Shown here piece by piece: positions 11,066-24,118 of a stretch of DNA of 64,000 nucleotides (positions within the stretch are counted from its first letter, which is position 1; the number at the start of each line of letters is the position of its first letter). The notes beneath the pieces were generated by a model. It ran no database searches. It was given only the letters and a program-made list of their open reading frames with translations, and had not been told where the DNA came from. This stretch comes from an uncultured bacterium (GTDB lineage Bacteria > Verrucomicrobiota > Verrucomicrobiia > Limisphaerales > UBA8199), in assembly GCA_963749495.1 (NCBI GenBank), contig CAVVMW010000001.1, positions 384,001-448,000 of the forward strand, in the 5' to 3' direction. A program made the position numbers and the translations under genes.

Positions 11066-11302
11066 ATGAACTGCCTCGCCTTGCTCGATGTGGGCGGCGG
11101 CCAGATATTGCTTATCCTGGCACTCGTCCTCATTTTCATGGGCGCCAAGCGGATCCCCGAGGACATCAAAGGCATGCGTGAGGGGATGGATGAATTCAGG
11201 AAAGTAACGCGCGAACTCACGGAAGCCCAGGACGGCGAGCATCCGGGAAGCGGAACGGGGCATCCCTTCCTAATGGGGGGTGAAGCCGCCCTTTTCTTTT
11301 AG
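11066..11302 (+). CDS. TatA/TatE-family protein
   Basis: GGGQILLILALVLIFMGAKRIPE..KGMREGMDEFRK. Confidence 0.7.
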   Translation: MNCLALLDVGGGQILLILALVLIFMGAKRIPEDIKGMREGMDEFRKVTRELTEAQDGEHPGSGTGHPFLMGGEAALFF

Positions 11303-11345
11303 ATGCTCATCATTGCGTATTACTAATTCATGGCTGGCCCGGTCA

Positions 11346-11790
11346 TCATCGGTGCCTGACGAGCAATTTGACCTGGCGTGACCTTGACCGGTTGATTTGC
11401 GGGTATGGCGGCCGATGGATGCGAATCGAGGTTGTCGCAAAAGCACTGGCCAACTTCACCATGGCCTTCCGCACCTCCCGCAGAGCGTCTCCGAACTTGC
11501 TCTCCAGATATCGTTCAACGCCTTCAGGTTCGATGGGCTTGGATTTCATCACCGCACGCACGCCCTCCTCATTATTCACGACCGGCACTGCTCGTCCCAG
11601 AAGCTCGACCTGGAATTCCTCGCCATGTTCACGCTCACGGACCTTCTCCACGTCTTTCGGGCTGGGCTTGAAAATCCCCAGGCGCCGTCCCTTGCTCTGC
11701 GCATTCAGGCCGGCCACGGCCTTTCCGAGAGATCACGCTTCGTCCGGATTGAACCCCAGCCTTTGCGCCACAACCGCTGCCCAAAGCGTG
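11346..11790 (-). pseudogene. Conserved hypothetical protein, apparently truncated at both ends
   Basis: TLWAAVVAQRLGF..AVAGLNAQSKGRRLGIF..VERYLESKFG; no proper start, tail degenerates. Confidence 0.5.
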
Positions 11791-12061
11791 TGAATTGGGA
11801 GGCTCTCCCAGCCGGTGGCGCGTGTCACGAGCGGCGACAGGGCTCTTGGCGCAACCCGGCCCGAGCGCAGGGTCCTGAAAAAACTTGCTTATTAGTAAAA
11901 TGAGGGTATCTTGTCAAGATGAATGGTTTTGACGAGCTGACGCTCTTTGCCGAGAAAAGATGCACTAATGGGTCGACCTTGAAGCAGTGATGCCACAAGC
12001 CTTGGCGGCAACCAGTCGCAAGCCAAAACTTCCTTAAAAAGCGCAGAAAGGTGGATTGAGA

Positions 12062-13463
12062 ATGAAAAATCAGGTGAAGAACATCGCAAACTCTGTTCGC
12101 AACAGGGATGAAGACAAAGAATCCAGTGGCGTTGCGCCCTGCCCACGGACTCCGCCGCCCGTGGCGTCAGGCTCGCGCGCATTCACACTGATCGAGCTGC
12201 TGGCCGTCATCACGATCATCGCGGTGCTCATCGGCCTTTTGCTGCCGGCCGTTCAAGACGCCCGCGAGGCGGCAAACAAGACCCGATGTATCGCCAGCCT
12301 GAAGCAAATCGCCAAGGCCGAACACGCATTCTTCAATGCCAATCAGGCCTATTCGGACTCCCTCGATGCGCTCGGCCTGGCCAACCAGTTCCCGAACAAC
12401 ACGAGCGAGGGTTACACTTTCTCGATTACTTTCCAGAATGGGGATCGGATGCGCTTCCGCGTCCTCGGCACGCCGACGGCTCCAGGTCTAACTGGCTCGG
12501 TGGATTGCAGCCTCGACGCGGCGGGAATCCTCGGCACCGGGAAGACCCCCGGCGCGGGCACCGCCCGGAGCCAGGCCTTCGCCAACATCCGCATGCTGGC
12601 CGCCCAGGTCCTTGCCAGCCTGATCAGCCAAATGCCGGACCAATTTGCCCAAGTGACCTCGACACTGGGTTCGCACTCGACTGTGGCAACGGTTTTCAAC
12701 GAACTGGATGCCAATCATGATGGCATGGTGACCCCTCCTGAGATCCTCAACGCTAACTTTGGGAACGTTACTGGAGCGGTGCCGGTGGCCGGCCAGTTGC
12801 TCCCTTACATCGCGCAGCAATTGGCTCTCGGAGCAGGCGGTGAAACTATTGCCAACCTGCCGGGTGTATCGCTCGGCACATTGACGTTTCCCACTAACTA
12901 CTATGCCGGGCCTCCTCCCATCATCGGCGGCAACTTTAATAACTTTAATAATAGCTGCAACTCCATACCCATAAAATGGTCAGTTTCCGCCGGTGTTTCC
13001 TGGCTGATCCTCAGTAACGAGACGGCCGCGGCACTGCCGGCGGTGCAGCTTACCGCGTTCTGCCAAGGTAGTGTCGGTGCGCCTGGTTCAATCTCCTCGG
13101 ATGGAAACGCCGTCAGCCTGGTGAATGCCTCGTGCCAACTGCTCCTCCATGGGGTCGATGCATCTTTGGACCCATCTGGCCGCGTCTGGTGGGGGACCTC
13201 TAGCCTGGTGAACGGAGATGGAAGCGCGCTCAACGGCATCGTTCTGGGTGTGTTTGCGCCGCCTAAGACCGTTCCCCCCACAACTGTTGCCGAGCCGGGC
13301 AACCCCGGTGCTCCACTGCGTGGTTATCGCTCCCGAAGGCACCGGTTGGTTTAGCGGAGCCAGCAGGCACGGGACTGCGGCCATCGATTGGGGCGACACT
13401 TTCGCTGACAGATTTTCCGGATCCTTTTCCGTTTCGCCTTGGGTGGTGCAGCAGAGCCGTTAA
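12062..13463 (+). CDS. Prepilin-type N-terminal cleavage/methylation protein with an EF-hand-like motif; frameshift ~13315
   Basis: [44 protein letters not shown]. Confidence 0.8.
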
Positions 13464-13586
13464 GCCCGCAGTTGGCGCCCGCAGTGGCTTGGTGATTTGT
13501 GGCGGGTGCGCAAGGGGGTCTCTCACAGCCGCTATGCCCAGCTTGAGCGCGAGACCGTGAACAAAACATGGAACAACGATTAAAAT

Positions 13587-15239
13587 ATGAACTCTGGAAT
13601 CAATGACACTGCGTGGCGGAAGCTCATCGTGAGGTGGGAAGCTCTGCCAGCCGGCTTGCTTTGCGCCAGCCTGTGTTGGGCGGCCAATTCGGCTGGGGCG
13701 GCAACTCCCTTGTTGGACTTCGAGTTCAACGAAGGCAGCGGCACTAACATTACAGACAAGATCAACAACCTCCAGGGGGTGCTCGGACCCCAGCTTGATC
13801 CGGGCGCGAACCCGCTGGTTGTCACGACTAGCCCGTCGGGCGCGGCCGGTGACCTGGCCGTCAGCTTGAACTACGGAAACGATACCAGCCAGGGATTCCT
13901 GGTGGTGGATGACAGCAATGGGCCCATCCTGGCACTGGCCACCAATGCGTTTACGATGGAAACCTGGATAAACATTGATCCCGATGACATCCGGCAGTAC
14001 GAAGGCATCGGGGCCTACGGCGCGTCTTACATGATGGGGTTGGACAACGGCGAACTCGTCTTCACGCTGGACGGCGTCGCGGAACTTTTCAGCGGCCTGG
14101 CCATCACGCCAGGCGTTTGGCACCACGTGGCGGCGGTGTGGCAACCGGGCGTCGGGGTCACGTTTTACCTCGATGGGGGTTCCGCAACGACTGTAACCGA
14201 AACGCGCGCGATACCGAGTTTCGCTAATAACGTTCTGACGATCGGGGCTGACAGCGTTGCCGGAAACGCCGTGCAAGGGATCATCGACCGTTTCCGTATC
14301 CACAGTGCGGTTTTGACCACGAATCAACTCGACAGCGTGGCCGGCACTCCGAAGGCCCCGTTGGCCAGCACTCTGGTAGCTTATAATTTTAACGAATCGG
14401 CTCCGCCGTTCCAAAGCGCGGGAAGCGCCTCCCGCCCGGCCATCACCTCCAATGACTACTTGCAGCAGACAGAGTCGCCCACATTTACGACGGACACTCC
14501 CTGGGGCCAACCCGGCGACTACGCGTTGAGCTTTGCCCCCGGGCAAACCGCCTACGTGCCGGATCCAAACACCGCGCTGGCGTTGGACCCAGCCGCTCCG
14601 TCGTTCACAATCCAGAGCTGGGTGAAGTTCGGCGCGCAACCCGGCTCCCGGTCAGTGCTCTTCTATAATGACGGCCCCGGCGGAGCCTTTTCCTTCTCGG
14701 TGACGTACCCGGATCGGCACGTGTTCGTTTCCACATTGGGAATCGTGGACCAGGATTCCAAGGCCGTCATCCCGGACGACGGTGGCTGGCATCACATCTC
14801 AGTGGTCCACGAGAACGGAAAGGATTTCCTCTTTTACGTTGACGGCGCGCTGAGCGGCACTGTCCCCTATACCAACGGTGTCCTCTTCACAGAGACCAAC
14901 ACCACTTACACGATCGGGTCGGAACCCGGCGGTGACTTGCAATATGTGGGTTCGTTGGATCGTCTCAAGGTGACGGCCGGAGTGTTGAGCCCGGATCAGT
15001 TGGATTACCTGCCGGTTCCCGGGGTCCCCCTCGCTCCCCCGGTGGTTACAATCGCCCTGCTCGTGCAGGTGTCCTGGCCAGGCCTCCCCTCCGGATATGT
15101 GCTGCAAACCAGCGCCAACCTCAGCAGCCCGAACGACTGGATTACGCTGACCAACAAACCGTTCGCGAATAACGGAACTTATTACCTGCTGTTCCCGACG
15201 AGTTCAGCGGGGATGTTTTACCGCTTGGTCAAACCTTGA
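13587..15239 (+). CDS. Secreted protein with two LamG-like jellyroll domains
   Basis: FTMETWI..WHHVAAV..VTFYLDG..IDRFRI occurs twice; C-terminal FYRL tail. Confidence 0.8.
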   Translation: MNSGINDTAWRKLIVRWEALPAGLLCASLCWAANSAGAATPLLDFEFNEGSGTNITDKINNLQGVLGPQLDPGANPLVVTTSPSGAAGDLAVSLNYGNDTSQGFLVVDDSNGPILALATNAFTMETWINIDPDDIRQYEGIGAYGASYMMGLDNGELVFTLDGVAELFSGLAITPGVWHHVAAVWQPGVGVTFYLDGGSATTVTETRAIPSFANNVLTIGADSVAGNAVQGIIDRFRIHSAVLTTNQLDSVAGTPKAPLASTLVAYNFNESAPPFQSAGSASRPAITSNDYLQQTESPTFTTDTPWGQPGDYALSFAPGQTAYVPDPNTALALDPAAPSFTIQSWVKFGAQPGSRSVLFYNDGPGGAFSFSVTYPDRHVFVSTLGIVDQDSKAVIPDDGGWHHISVVHENGKDFLFYVDGALSGTVPYTNGVLFTETNTTYTIGSEPGGDLQYVGSLDRLKVTAGVLSPDQLDYLPVPGVPLAPPVVTIALLVQVSWPGLPSGYVLQTSANLSSPNDWITLTNKPFANNGTYYLLFPTSSAGMFYRLVKP

Positions 15240-15796
15240 GCCGTTTGCAAGACAAGGGGCCTGGGAATGAGAATCGAGGTTGCCCCGGAAGAGGAGATTC
15301 ACCGTCGGCCAGAATTCAAGTTCCGGGGTCCACGTCGTTGCTGGGGTCAACGCAACTTCCGGATTCGACCGAGATCCAGTTCGCCCTTCGCACCCCAACC
15401 GCTGACGCCCGCTGGAATTGATGGGCGGAACTGCTCGTAAAAACCAAACGCCTGTTGAGCCAATTCATCACGGTCGAGCGTCGTGGCCAACTCCATCATG
15501 GCCTTCCACAAGCCGGGTCAGCACCCAGCGCCACCACGAGGCGGTGGGCGGGGCTTCGGCCTTGGCAACAACCAGTTTGCCAAGCTCCTGGGCGATGGCG
15601 TGGGCGCGCTCGATCTTCCTTTTCCGGGCTTCCTCCTGCCGGCGCTGCTCCTCGGGGGCGGGCCGGTGATAACCGTTGCCGTTTCCGATGCCTTCCTGCT
15701 TGCGCTCAAGAATGTAGTCGTTTATGTTCGCCCGCGTGATTTGGGACAGCGGGCTGGCGCCGGAGTATTTGGCAGCCCGTTCCAAAGAACACGGTT

Positions 15797-17034
<1,238 letters not shown>

Positions 17035-17122
17035 CGCGCGGCCATTGAGGAACCTCTCATCCGTGTTTATCCGTGTCCATCCGTGGTTCAAAAACATCGA
17101 CTGCCGGATCCAGGCCGAGTGG

Positions 17123-17604
17123 TCAGGGCAGGGCTGCGCTGGGCTTACAACGCGAGGCGAAGAGGCCCTTGCTGCGCCGGGTTTCAGCCTCCACGCGGGC
17201 GATTGAAGGGTCCAGGCACTGCGGTTCCCACTCGATGCCGACACACTGGTGCCCGGTGCGAATCCCGGCCAGGGCGGTGGTTCCGCTGCGCAGGAACGGA
17301 TCGAGGACAATGTCGCCCTGGTTGGTGGAGGCGAGCAGGCAGCGTTGGACCAAGCCGATGGGCTTCCGGGTGGGGTGCTTGCCCAGGCCCTTCTCGCCAT
17401 TGGAGGGCGCAGGCATCGTCCAGAGGTCTTCATCTGCTTGCCGCCGTTCGACAGAAAGCAGGGCGGGTCTGCGAAGACCGCATCAAATCGGCCCTCGGGA
17501 TACTCTGCCGCGATAGCGTCGAGCAGCTCCAGGCAATTGCGGTGGCAGAGCCAGAGGCCGGGTGTGTTGTTGCGATAGGCCAGGCGCGGCGGCGAAGGGG
17601 GCAA
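17123..17604 (-). pseudogene. Decayed N4/N6 (beta-class) DNA methyltransferase
   Basis: FADPP(C)FLSNGG, KHPTRKP and IVLDPFLRSGTT in different frames, with an internal deletion. Confidence 0.8.
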
Positions 17605-17731
17605 CGGTGATCCGCTGTGCTCTTGATGGGCAAGTTGGGATTATTTCCGGTTGGTCAAGGCGGGCAGCTCCTGGTAAGACTGGGCACGTGAACCGGCCCG
17701 CAGCCAGCCAAACCCCTCTCACCGCCCAACC

Positions 17732-20700
17732 ATGAATTCGTCACCCCTCCTCGATGCCCGCCCCCTTCGCGGGGCGCACCCCGACATTGCCCCCACCGCC
17801 GGGGGCCGGACCGGAGTGCGTCCGTCCCCGGGCGCAGCGACGCCTGGAGCCAGGGCAGCGGTCAAACACTCCAGCGCGCTTGGCCGCTCCGTCGCTGCTG
17901 CGCCCGGGGACGGGCGCACTCCGGGGGCAGTGTCAGGATGCGCCCCGCTTCGCATCCGCGCCCTGGTCCTTCTGGCCTTGTGCGCCGCGGCCCTGCCCAT
18001 TGCCGCCGCCGATGTGCCTTCGCTCGACTCGGGCTTTCGCAATCCTCCCCCGGAGGCGCGGCCGTGGGCGTATTGGTTTTTCATGGATGGCAACATGACG
18101 CGGGAGGGGATTACGGCCGACCTGGAGGCGATGGCCAAGGCCGGGCTTGGCGGCGGGCTGCTGATGGAGGTGGATGTGGGCATTCCGCGCGGGCCGGTCG
18201 AGTTCATGGGCGCGCAGTGGCAGGGACTCTTCCGGCACGCGGTCAAGGAGGCCGAGCGCCTGGGCCTGGAGTTGACCCTCAACGCCGGTCCCGGCTGGTG
18301 CGGCAGCGGCGGGCCATGGGTCCGCCCCGAGCAATCCATGCAGCACCTGGTCGCCAGCGAGACCAACATCACCGGCCCTTTGCACTTCAGCGCGCCCCTG
18401 GCCAGGCCGGCGCCGCGCCCGCCGTTCTTCGGCGAGGGGACGCTCACCCCGGAACTCAAGAAGGCCAGGGATGACTTCTACCGCGACGTTTCGGTGCTGG
18501 CGTTTCCCACGCCCGCCGGCCAGGGCCGGGTTGCCGATATCGATGAAAAGGCGCTCTATTATCGGGCGCCTTACTCGTCTCAGCCGGGCGTCAAGCCGTT
18601 CCTGCCCGCGCCCGCGCAGCATGCGGTGCTGCCGGTCGGCCAGTGCGTCGCACCCGATGAGATCCTGGACCTCACGAGCAAGCTCTCGGCCGACGGACGG
18701 CTCGAGTGGGACGTGCCGGACGGCAACTGGACGGTGTTGCGTTTCGGCCGCCGGGCCACGGGCCAAACCACCCGCCCGGCGCCGCTGCCGGGCCTGGGCT
18801 TTGAGTGCGACAAGTTCGACCCGGCGGCGCTCGATGCGCACTATGCGGCGTTTGTCCAACCGCTCCTGCGCGGGCTTGGGCCGCGCAAGGCCTGCCGCAC
18901 CGGCTGGACCATGCTGCACATTGATAGCTGGGAGATGAGTTCGCAGAACTGGACGGGGCGGTTTCGCGAGGAATTCCAGCGGCGGCGGGGCTATGATTTG
19001 CTGCGCTACCTGCCAGTCATGACGGGCCGTGTGGTCGGCAGCCTCGAAGTCTCGGAACGCTTCCTCTGGGACCTGCGCCAGACGGCCCAGGAGCTGGTTG
19101 TCCAGAACCACGCCTTGCACCTCAGGGAGCTGGGCCGGCGCGACGGCCTCGGGCTCTCCATCGAACCTGTACGACATGGACCCTTGCGCCGACCTCAACC
19201 TGGGCGGCGCCGCCGACGTGCCGATGTGCGAGTTTTGGGCCAAGGGCCATGGGTTCGACACCGAGTTCAGCGCGTTCGAGTCGGTCTCGATCGCGCACAC
19301 CCTGGGGCGGCCCATCGTGGCTGCGGAATCGTTCACCTCCGGCGACAGCGAGCGGTGGCAGCTCTATCCCGGCGCGCTCAAGGGCCAGGCAGATTGGGCC
19401 CTGTGCGCCGGCGTCAACCGGCTGGTCTTTCATCGTTACCAGCACCAGCCGTGGCTGGACCGGGCGCCGGGGATGACCATGGGGCCTTACGGCGTGCATT
19501 GGGAGCGGACGCAGACCTGGTGGGAAATGGTGGGCGGGTTTCACGGCTACCTGGCCCGCTGCCAGTTCCTGCTGCGCCGCGGCCTGCCGGTGGCCGACAT
19601 CTGCTATCTGGCCCCCGAGGGCGCGCCGCACGTCTTTCGCCCGCCCAGGTCCGCCACGCGCGGCAATCCGCCCGACCGGCTGGGCTACAACTTCGATGGC
19701 TGCTCCCCCGAGGTCCTGCTCAACCTGGCCCGCGTCAGCGCTGGGCGCCTGGTCTTTCCGGGCGGCATGAGCTACCGGGTCCTGGTGCTGCCGCGCTTCG
19801 ACACCATGACCCCGCCTCTCTTGCGCAAGATCAAGGGCCTCGTCGAGGCCGGCGCCATCGTCCTGGGTGCGCCGCCGCGCAAGTCGCCCAGCCTTTCGGA
19901 CTATCCCAGGTGCGACGCCGAGGTGGAGCGGCTGGCGCAGGAGCTTTGGGGAGGGACGAGGGGCGAGGGGCGAGGGGCGAGGGACGAGGCGGGGGGGTCT
20001 GGTCTTCAGCCCAGCAGTGCCGCTCTGGCCATGAGCGCCCCAGGGCCGCAAGGTTTTGGACTGCGCCAGTCCTCTGGCGCTTTTGGAACCCTGGGGACGC
20101 AAAAGCGGCAGAGGACTGCCGCAGTCCAAAACGCTGTCGCGCCTTCGCTGCCTCCGGAGCGACGCCTGGGCAAGGGCACGGTGGTGTGGGATACCGGTGC
20201 CGCCCAGGCGGAGGTCGTTGCAACGAACACGCCCACGCCGTCGGCTGCCCTCCCGGACATCTACCCCGATTACGCCGCAGTCCGGGACCTGCTCGCCCGC
20301 CTGAAAGTGCCCCAGGACTTTCAGGCAGAGCCGTTCCTGCGCTACACCCACCGCCGCGATGGCGACGCCGACATCTATTTCGTCTCGAATCCCGAGGGGC
20401 GCCGGGTCGAGGCCCTCGCCACATTCCGCGTCAACGGCCGCCAGCCGGAGTTGTGGGACGCCATCACGGGCGAGCAGCGCGAACTGCCGGGCTTTGCCGC
20501 CCGCCGGGGCGCCACGGCGGCGCCCTTGCGTTTCGAGCCCCATCAATCCTTCTTCGTCGTCTTCCGCAAGGCGGCAAAGCGCCGGCCGCAACTGGGGACC
20601 AATTTCGCAGAGCTACAGCCCGTCCAGGAAATCCGCGGCCCGTGGGAGGTCGCCTTCGAGCCCAAGCGCGGCGCGCCCGAGCGGGCAAGCTTCGACACCT

Positions 20701-21107
20701 TGTCGGACTGGTCCAAACACCCCGACCCGGGCATAAGGCACTTCTCGGGCGTTGCCACCTACCGGACCCAATTCGAGTGGAAGGCGCGGTCCTCGAGGGT
20801 GTTTCTCGACCTGGGCGAGGTCCAGGTGATGGCCGCTGTGAAATTGAACGGCCGCGATTTGGGTCCGGTCTGGACGGCCCCGTTGCGGGTCGAGGCGACC
20901 GGCTCGCTCAAGCCCGGCGTCAACCTCCTGGAAATCCGCGTGGCCAACCTCTGGCCCAACCGGCTGATCGGCGATTCCGGCTTGCCTGCGGACCAGCGCG
21001 TGGCCTGGACCACCTGGAACCCGTTCAAGAAGGATTCCCCGCTCCTGCCTTCCGGGCTGCTCGGGCCTGTGCGGCTCCTGCTGGACCAGGGGTCGGTCAG
21101 GGACTGA
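17732..21107 (+). CDS. GH106-like glycoside hydrolase (alpha-L-rhamnosidase family), frameshift ~19165; start uncertain
   Basis: FRNPPPEARPWAYW, ITADLEAM, HIDSWE, PMCEFW, AAESFT, VANLWPNRLIGD, PSGLLGPV. Confidence 0.88.
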
Positions 21108-21443
21108 GATAGATTGAATCGCGGTGACTATTCAGGTAGGGCGGGCAGTCCTCTGCCCGCCGCTCGCCCGGCCACACCGGACGGCGCGCACGGAGTGACG
21201 CGCCCTACCCACCCGTAAGCTGCGGGGGTTGGCTTGCAAGCCCACCTGAATAGTCACGAATCGCGTAACCTCGGCACAACCTTTGTCGCACCCTTTGTCG
21301 CTTCCTTTGTCGAGAAATGGCGCATTCGACAAAGGCCACGACAAAGGCTGCGACAAAGGCCCAAAACCCGCATGAGCGTGCCAATGTTGGTTGTTCCGAT
21401 TCAGGCCCAGAGTTTACAAAACCATGACAAACGGCTTTATTGA

Positions 21444-21561
21444 GGCATCGTAAGTTTGAGAATCGACTGTGAAGACGGCACGTTTCACGTTTCACGTTTC
21501 ACGTTTCACGTTTCACGTTTCACGTTTTGGCATCGTAAGTTTGAGAATCGACTGTGAAGAC
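21444..21561 (+). repeat. (CACGTTT)7 tract flanked by a perfect 33-bp direct repeat
   Basis: ggcatcgtaagtttgagaatcgactgtgaagac at 21444-21476 and 21529-21561. Confidence 0.9.
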
Positions 21562-24118
21562 AGCGCGAGAGAGACCCGGGCGGGCCTTTTTCTGGCAGGG
21601 CCTGCTGATTCTGCTGCCGGTGGCCGTGATGGCGGCCATCGGGCTGAGGGCCATTTTGCGCGACAAGGCGGCCGTCGAGCAGCAGGCGCGGCAGCGGGCG
21701 GCGGAGATCTTGCGGCAACTGGCGCCCGAGGTCGGCCGTCGCGTCGCTGCTGAGCAAGCCCGCTTCCAGGAGGCCGGCCTCCAGTGGTTCGCGGAGCAAC
21801 GGCAGCGGTTGCGGGAGGCAGGCGGGGCAGGGGCCGGCGAGGAGCCTGGGAGCGGGGTGGTCTTCGGGCGAATGGAGGACGCGTTCGGGGCCGAGGGGGC
21901 GGGCACGAATGTCCGTGTCCCCGGCGGCGCGCCGGGACCGCGAGGCGCGGCTTTTGACGATTGGCAGGCTGCGTATCCTGATTTGCAGCCGGGCCAGGTG
22001 TTCCCGGCCCAGGCATGGCTTGCCGGGGATCGGTTGTTGCCATGGGGCGCGGGCGAGGACCTTTCTCCGCCGCGATGGTTGCTGGCGCTCTCGGAGGAGC
22101 AACGCCGGGCGTGGGATGCCGTTCGCCAAGCCGAATGGCCGGGAGCCAACACGCAGACCAACAGCACTGGCCTGGAGACGGCACTCCGGCATTTTCTGGA
22201 GTTGAACCCGTCCGAGGAGGCGCGTGCAAACGCGGAATGGGTTCGCCTGGAGACTGGGCCTGGACGCGCGCCGGCGAAGCGCCTCGAGTCATTCGCCCGG
22301 ACAAATCGCGCGGTGGCGGCGGAGTGCGGGGTGCCGCTGTCCAACCTGGCATTGGCGGAGGCCCTGCAGCGCGCCGGTTCAGGTCCGGAGCTGGGGAGCG
22401 TCCTGGACGCGCTGGTGGATGAATCACTGGAGGCGCCGAGCCTGCTGCTGCCCGAGGTGTTGAACCGGGCTACTTCCGCAGTGGGCCGCCTGCCCCAGGG
22501 AAAGGAACTGCTGGACTGCGCGGCAAAACTTTGGTCGGCCCAGGCCCGGCTGGCGCGGATTCTCTCGGCCGCCCGGCAAAATGGACGCGGCCTGTTTCGG
22601 GAGACAACCAATTTTTGGGTCGAGGCTGAACAGCGCCGCTGGTTTTGCACCGTCGAGACTGGGTCCGGCCCAATGCGCGCGCCACCCGCCCGCGGCACGA
22701 CGCCGCTGGCGACGAACCGGCTGGCCGGGATTTGCACCTATCCCAAGGCGCTGCTCGAGCGCGCCTTCGCCCGGGCCATTCGCGCAGCCCCGCTCACCAT
22801 ACCCGGTTATTTCGGCCTGACGGCCGAGATAGACGGCGAGCCCTTGGAGTTGGCCCCTGCTCGGGCCACCCGGCTCATCATCCGGCTCATCACCGACGGG
22901 CAGACCCAGGTCCTGGAAGGAGAGCCGTCGCAGCCGGCTTCGTCACGGCCTGGCCGGAGCGAGCCGGCCCGCGTGCTGGCGGAGGCCCATGATTGCCTGG
23001 CTTGGCCGGGGGCCGCCCTCCCGGCCCAGCCCGGGTCCGGCAACCCTCTGCCCCTGAGCGGGGCGGACCCGGAAACCAGCGCCCGGTCCGGCCGCCCGCA
23101 ATTCACCCTGAGGCTCTGCCTGGCCGACCCGGCGCGCCTCTTTGCCGAGCAACGGCAGCGGACGTTCATGTTCGGCGGGCTGATCGTGGCCTCGATGCTG
23201 GCGGCGCTCGTCGGACTGGTCGCCGCCCGGCGCGCCTTCTATCGCCAGGTCCTCCTGAGCCAGCTCAAGAGCAATTTCGTGTCGAGCGTCTCGCACGAGT
23301 TGCGCGCCCCCATCGCCTCGGTCCGGCTCATGGCCGAGAGCCTGGAGCGCGGCAAGATAGCCGAACCGGCCCGGCAGCAGGAATACTTCCGCTTCATCGG
23401 CCAGGAATGCCGCCGCCTCTCGGCGCTCATCGAGAACGTGCTGGACTTTTCCCGCATCGAGCAGGGGCGCAAGCAATACGAGTTCGAGCCGACCAACCTC
23501 GTCGCCCTGGCGCGCCAGACCGTGAAGTTGATGGAGACCTACGGCACGGAGCGGCAGGTCAAACTGGAGCTGGTCATTCCGGAGGCCCTCGAGTCCGCCC
23601 TGAGCACTCGCCCGGTGCTGGATGGCAAGGCCATTCAGCAGGCCCTGGTCAACCTCATCGATAACGCCATGAAACACTCGCCCAAGGGCCAGACTGTGAC
23701 CGTGGGCCTGGGAGTGCGGAATGCGGAGTGCGGAGTGCGGAGGACGGAGGTCGGAGTGCGGAGGACGGAGGACGGAGGACCGAGGACGGAGGAGGATATC
23801 GATCGGGGGTCTGCCATCGAGCCACCGGCCAACGGCCTCCGGCCTCCGACCCTCATTCTCTGGGTCGAGGATCACGGGGACGGGATCCCGGCGGAGGACC
23901 AGGAGAGGATCTTCGAGCGATTTTACCGGCGCGGTTCGGAGCTGCGCCGCGAGACACAGGGCGTCGGCATTGGTTTGAGCATCGTCAAACACCTGGTCGA
24001 GGCCCACGGCGGGCGCGTGGTGGTGCGCAGCGCGCTGGGGCAGGGCAGCCGGTTCACCATCGAACTGCCGGGCTGGGGTGCTCAAGCAGACAAGGGAAAA
24101 ACATGGAACGGATACTGA
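21554..24118 (+). CDS. Membrane sensor histidine kinase
   Basis: Two TM segments; H-box FVSSVSHELRAP; N-box NLIDNAMK; G1/F/G2 boxes. Confidence 0.92.
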   Translation: MKTARERPGRAFFWQGLLILLPVAVMAAIGLRAILRDKAAVEQQARQRAAEILRQLAPEVGRRVAAEQARFQEAGLQWFAEQRQRLREAGGAGAGEEPGSGVVFGRMEDAFGAEGAGTNVRVPGGAPGPRGAAFDDWQAAYPDLQPGQVFPAQAWLAGDRLLPWGAGEDLSPPRWLLALSEEQRRAWDAVRQAEWPGANTQTNSTGLETALRHFLELNPSEEARANAEWVRLETGPGRAPAKRLESFARTNRAVAAECGVPLSNLALAEALQRAGSGPELGSVLDALVDESLEAPSLLLPEVLNRATSAVGRLPQGKELLDCAAKLWSAQARLARILSAARQNGRGLFRETTNFWVEAEQRRWFCTVETGSGPMRAPPARGTTPLATNRLAGICTYPKALLERAFARAIRAAPLTIPGYFGLTAEIDGEPLELAPARATRLIIRLITDGQTQVLEGEPSQPASSRPGRSEPARVLAEAHDCLAWPGAALPAQPGSGNPLPLSGADPETSARSGRPQFTLRLCLADPARLFAEQRQRTFMFGGLIVASMLAALVGLVAARRAFYRQVLLSQLKSNFVSSVSHELRAPIASVRLMAESLERGKIAEPARQQEYFRFIGQECRRLSALIENVLDFSRIEQGRKQYEFEPTNLVALARQTVKLMETYGTERQVKLELVIPEALESALSTRPVLDGKAIQQALVNLIDNAMKHSPKGQTVTVGLGVRNAECGVRRTEVGVRRTEDGGPRTEEDIDRGSAIEPPANGLRPPTLILWVEDHGDGIPAEDQERIFERFYRRGSELRRETQGVGIGLSIVKHLVEAHGGRVVVRSALGQGSRFTIELPGWGAQADKGKTWNGY

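Noticed and set aside
17933..24085. Long antisense and alternative-frame ORFs (e.g. 17933-19336, 19122-20591, 22943-24085)
   Set aside because: Shadow ORFs of high-GC genes, with no motifs of their own
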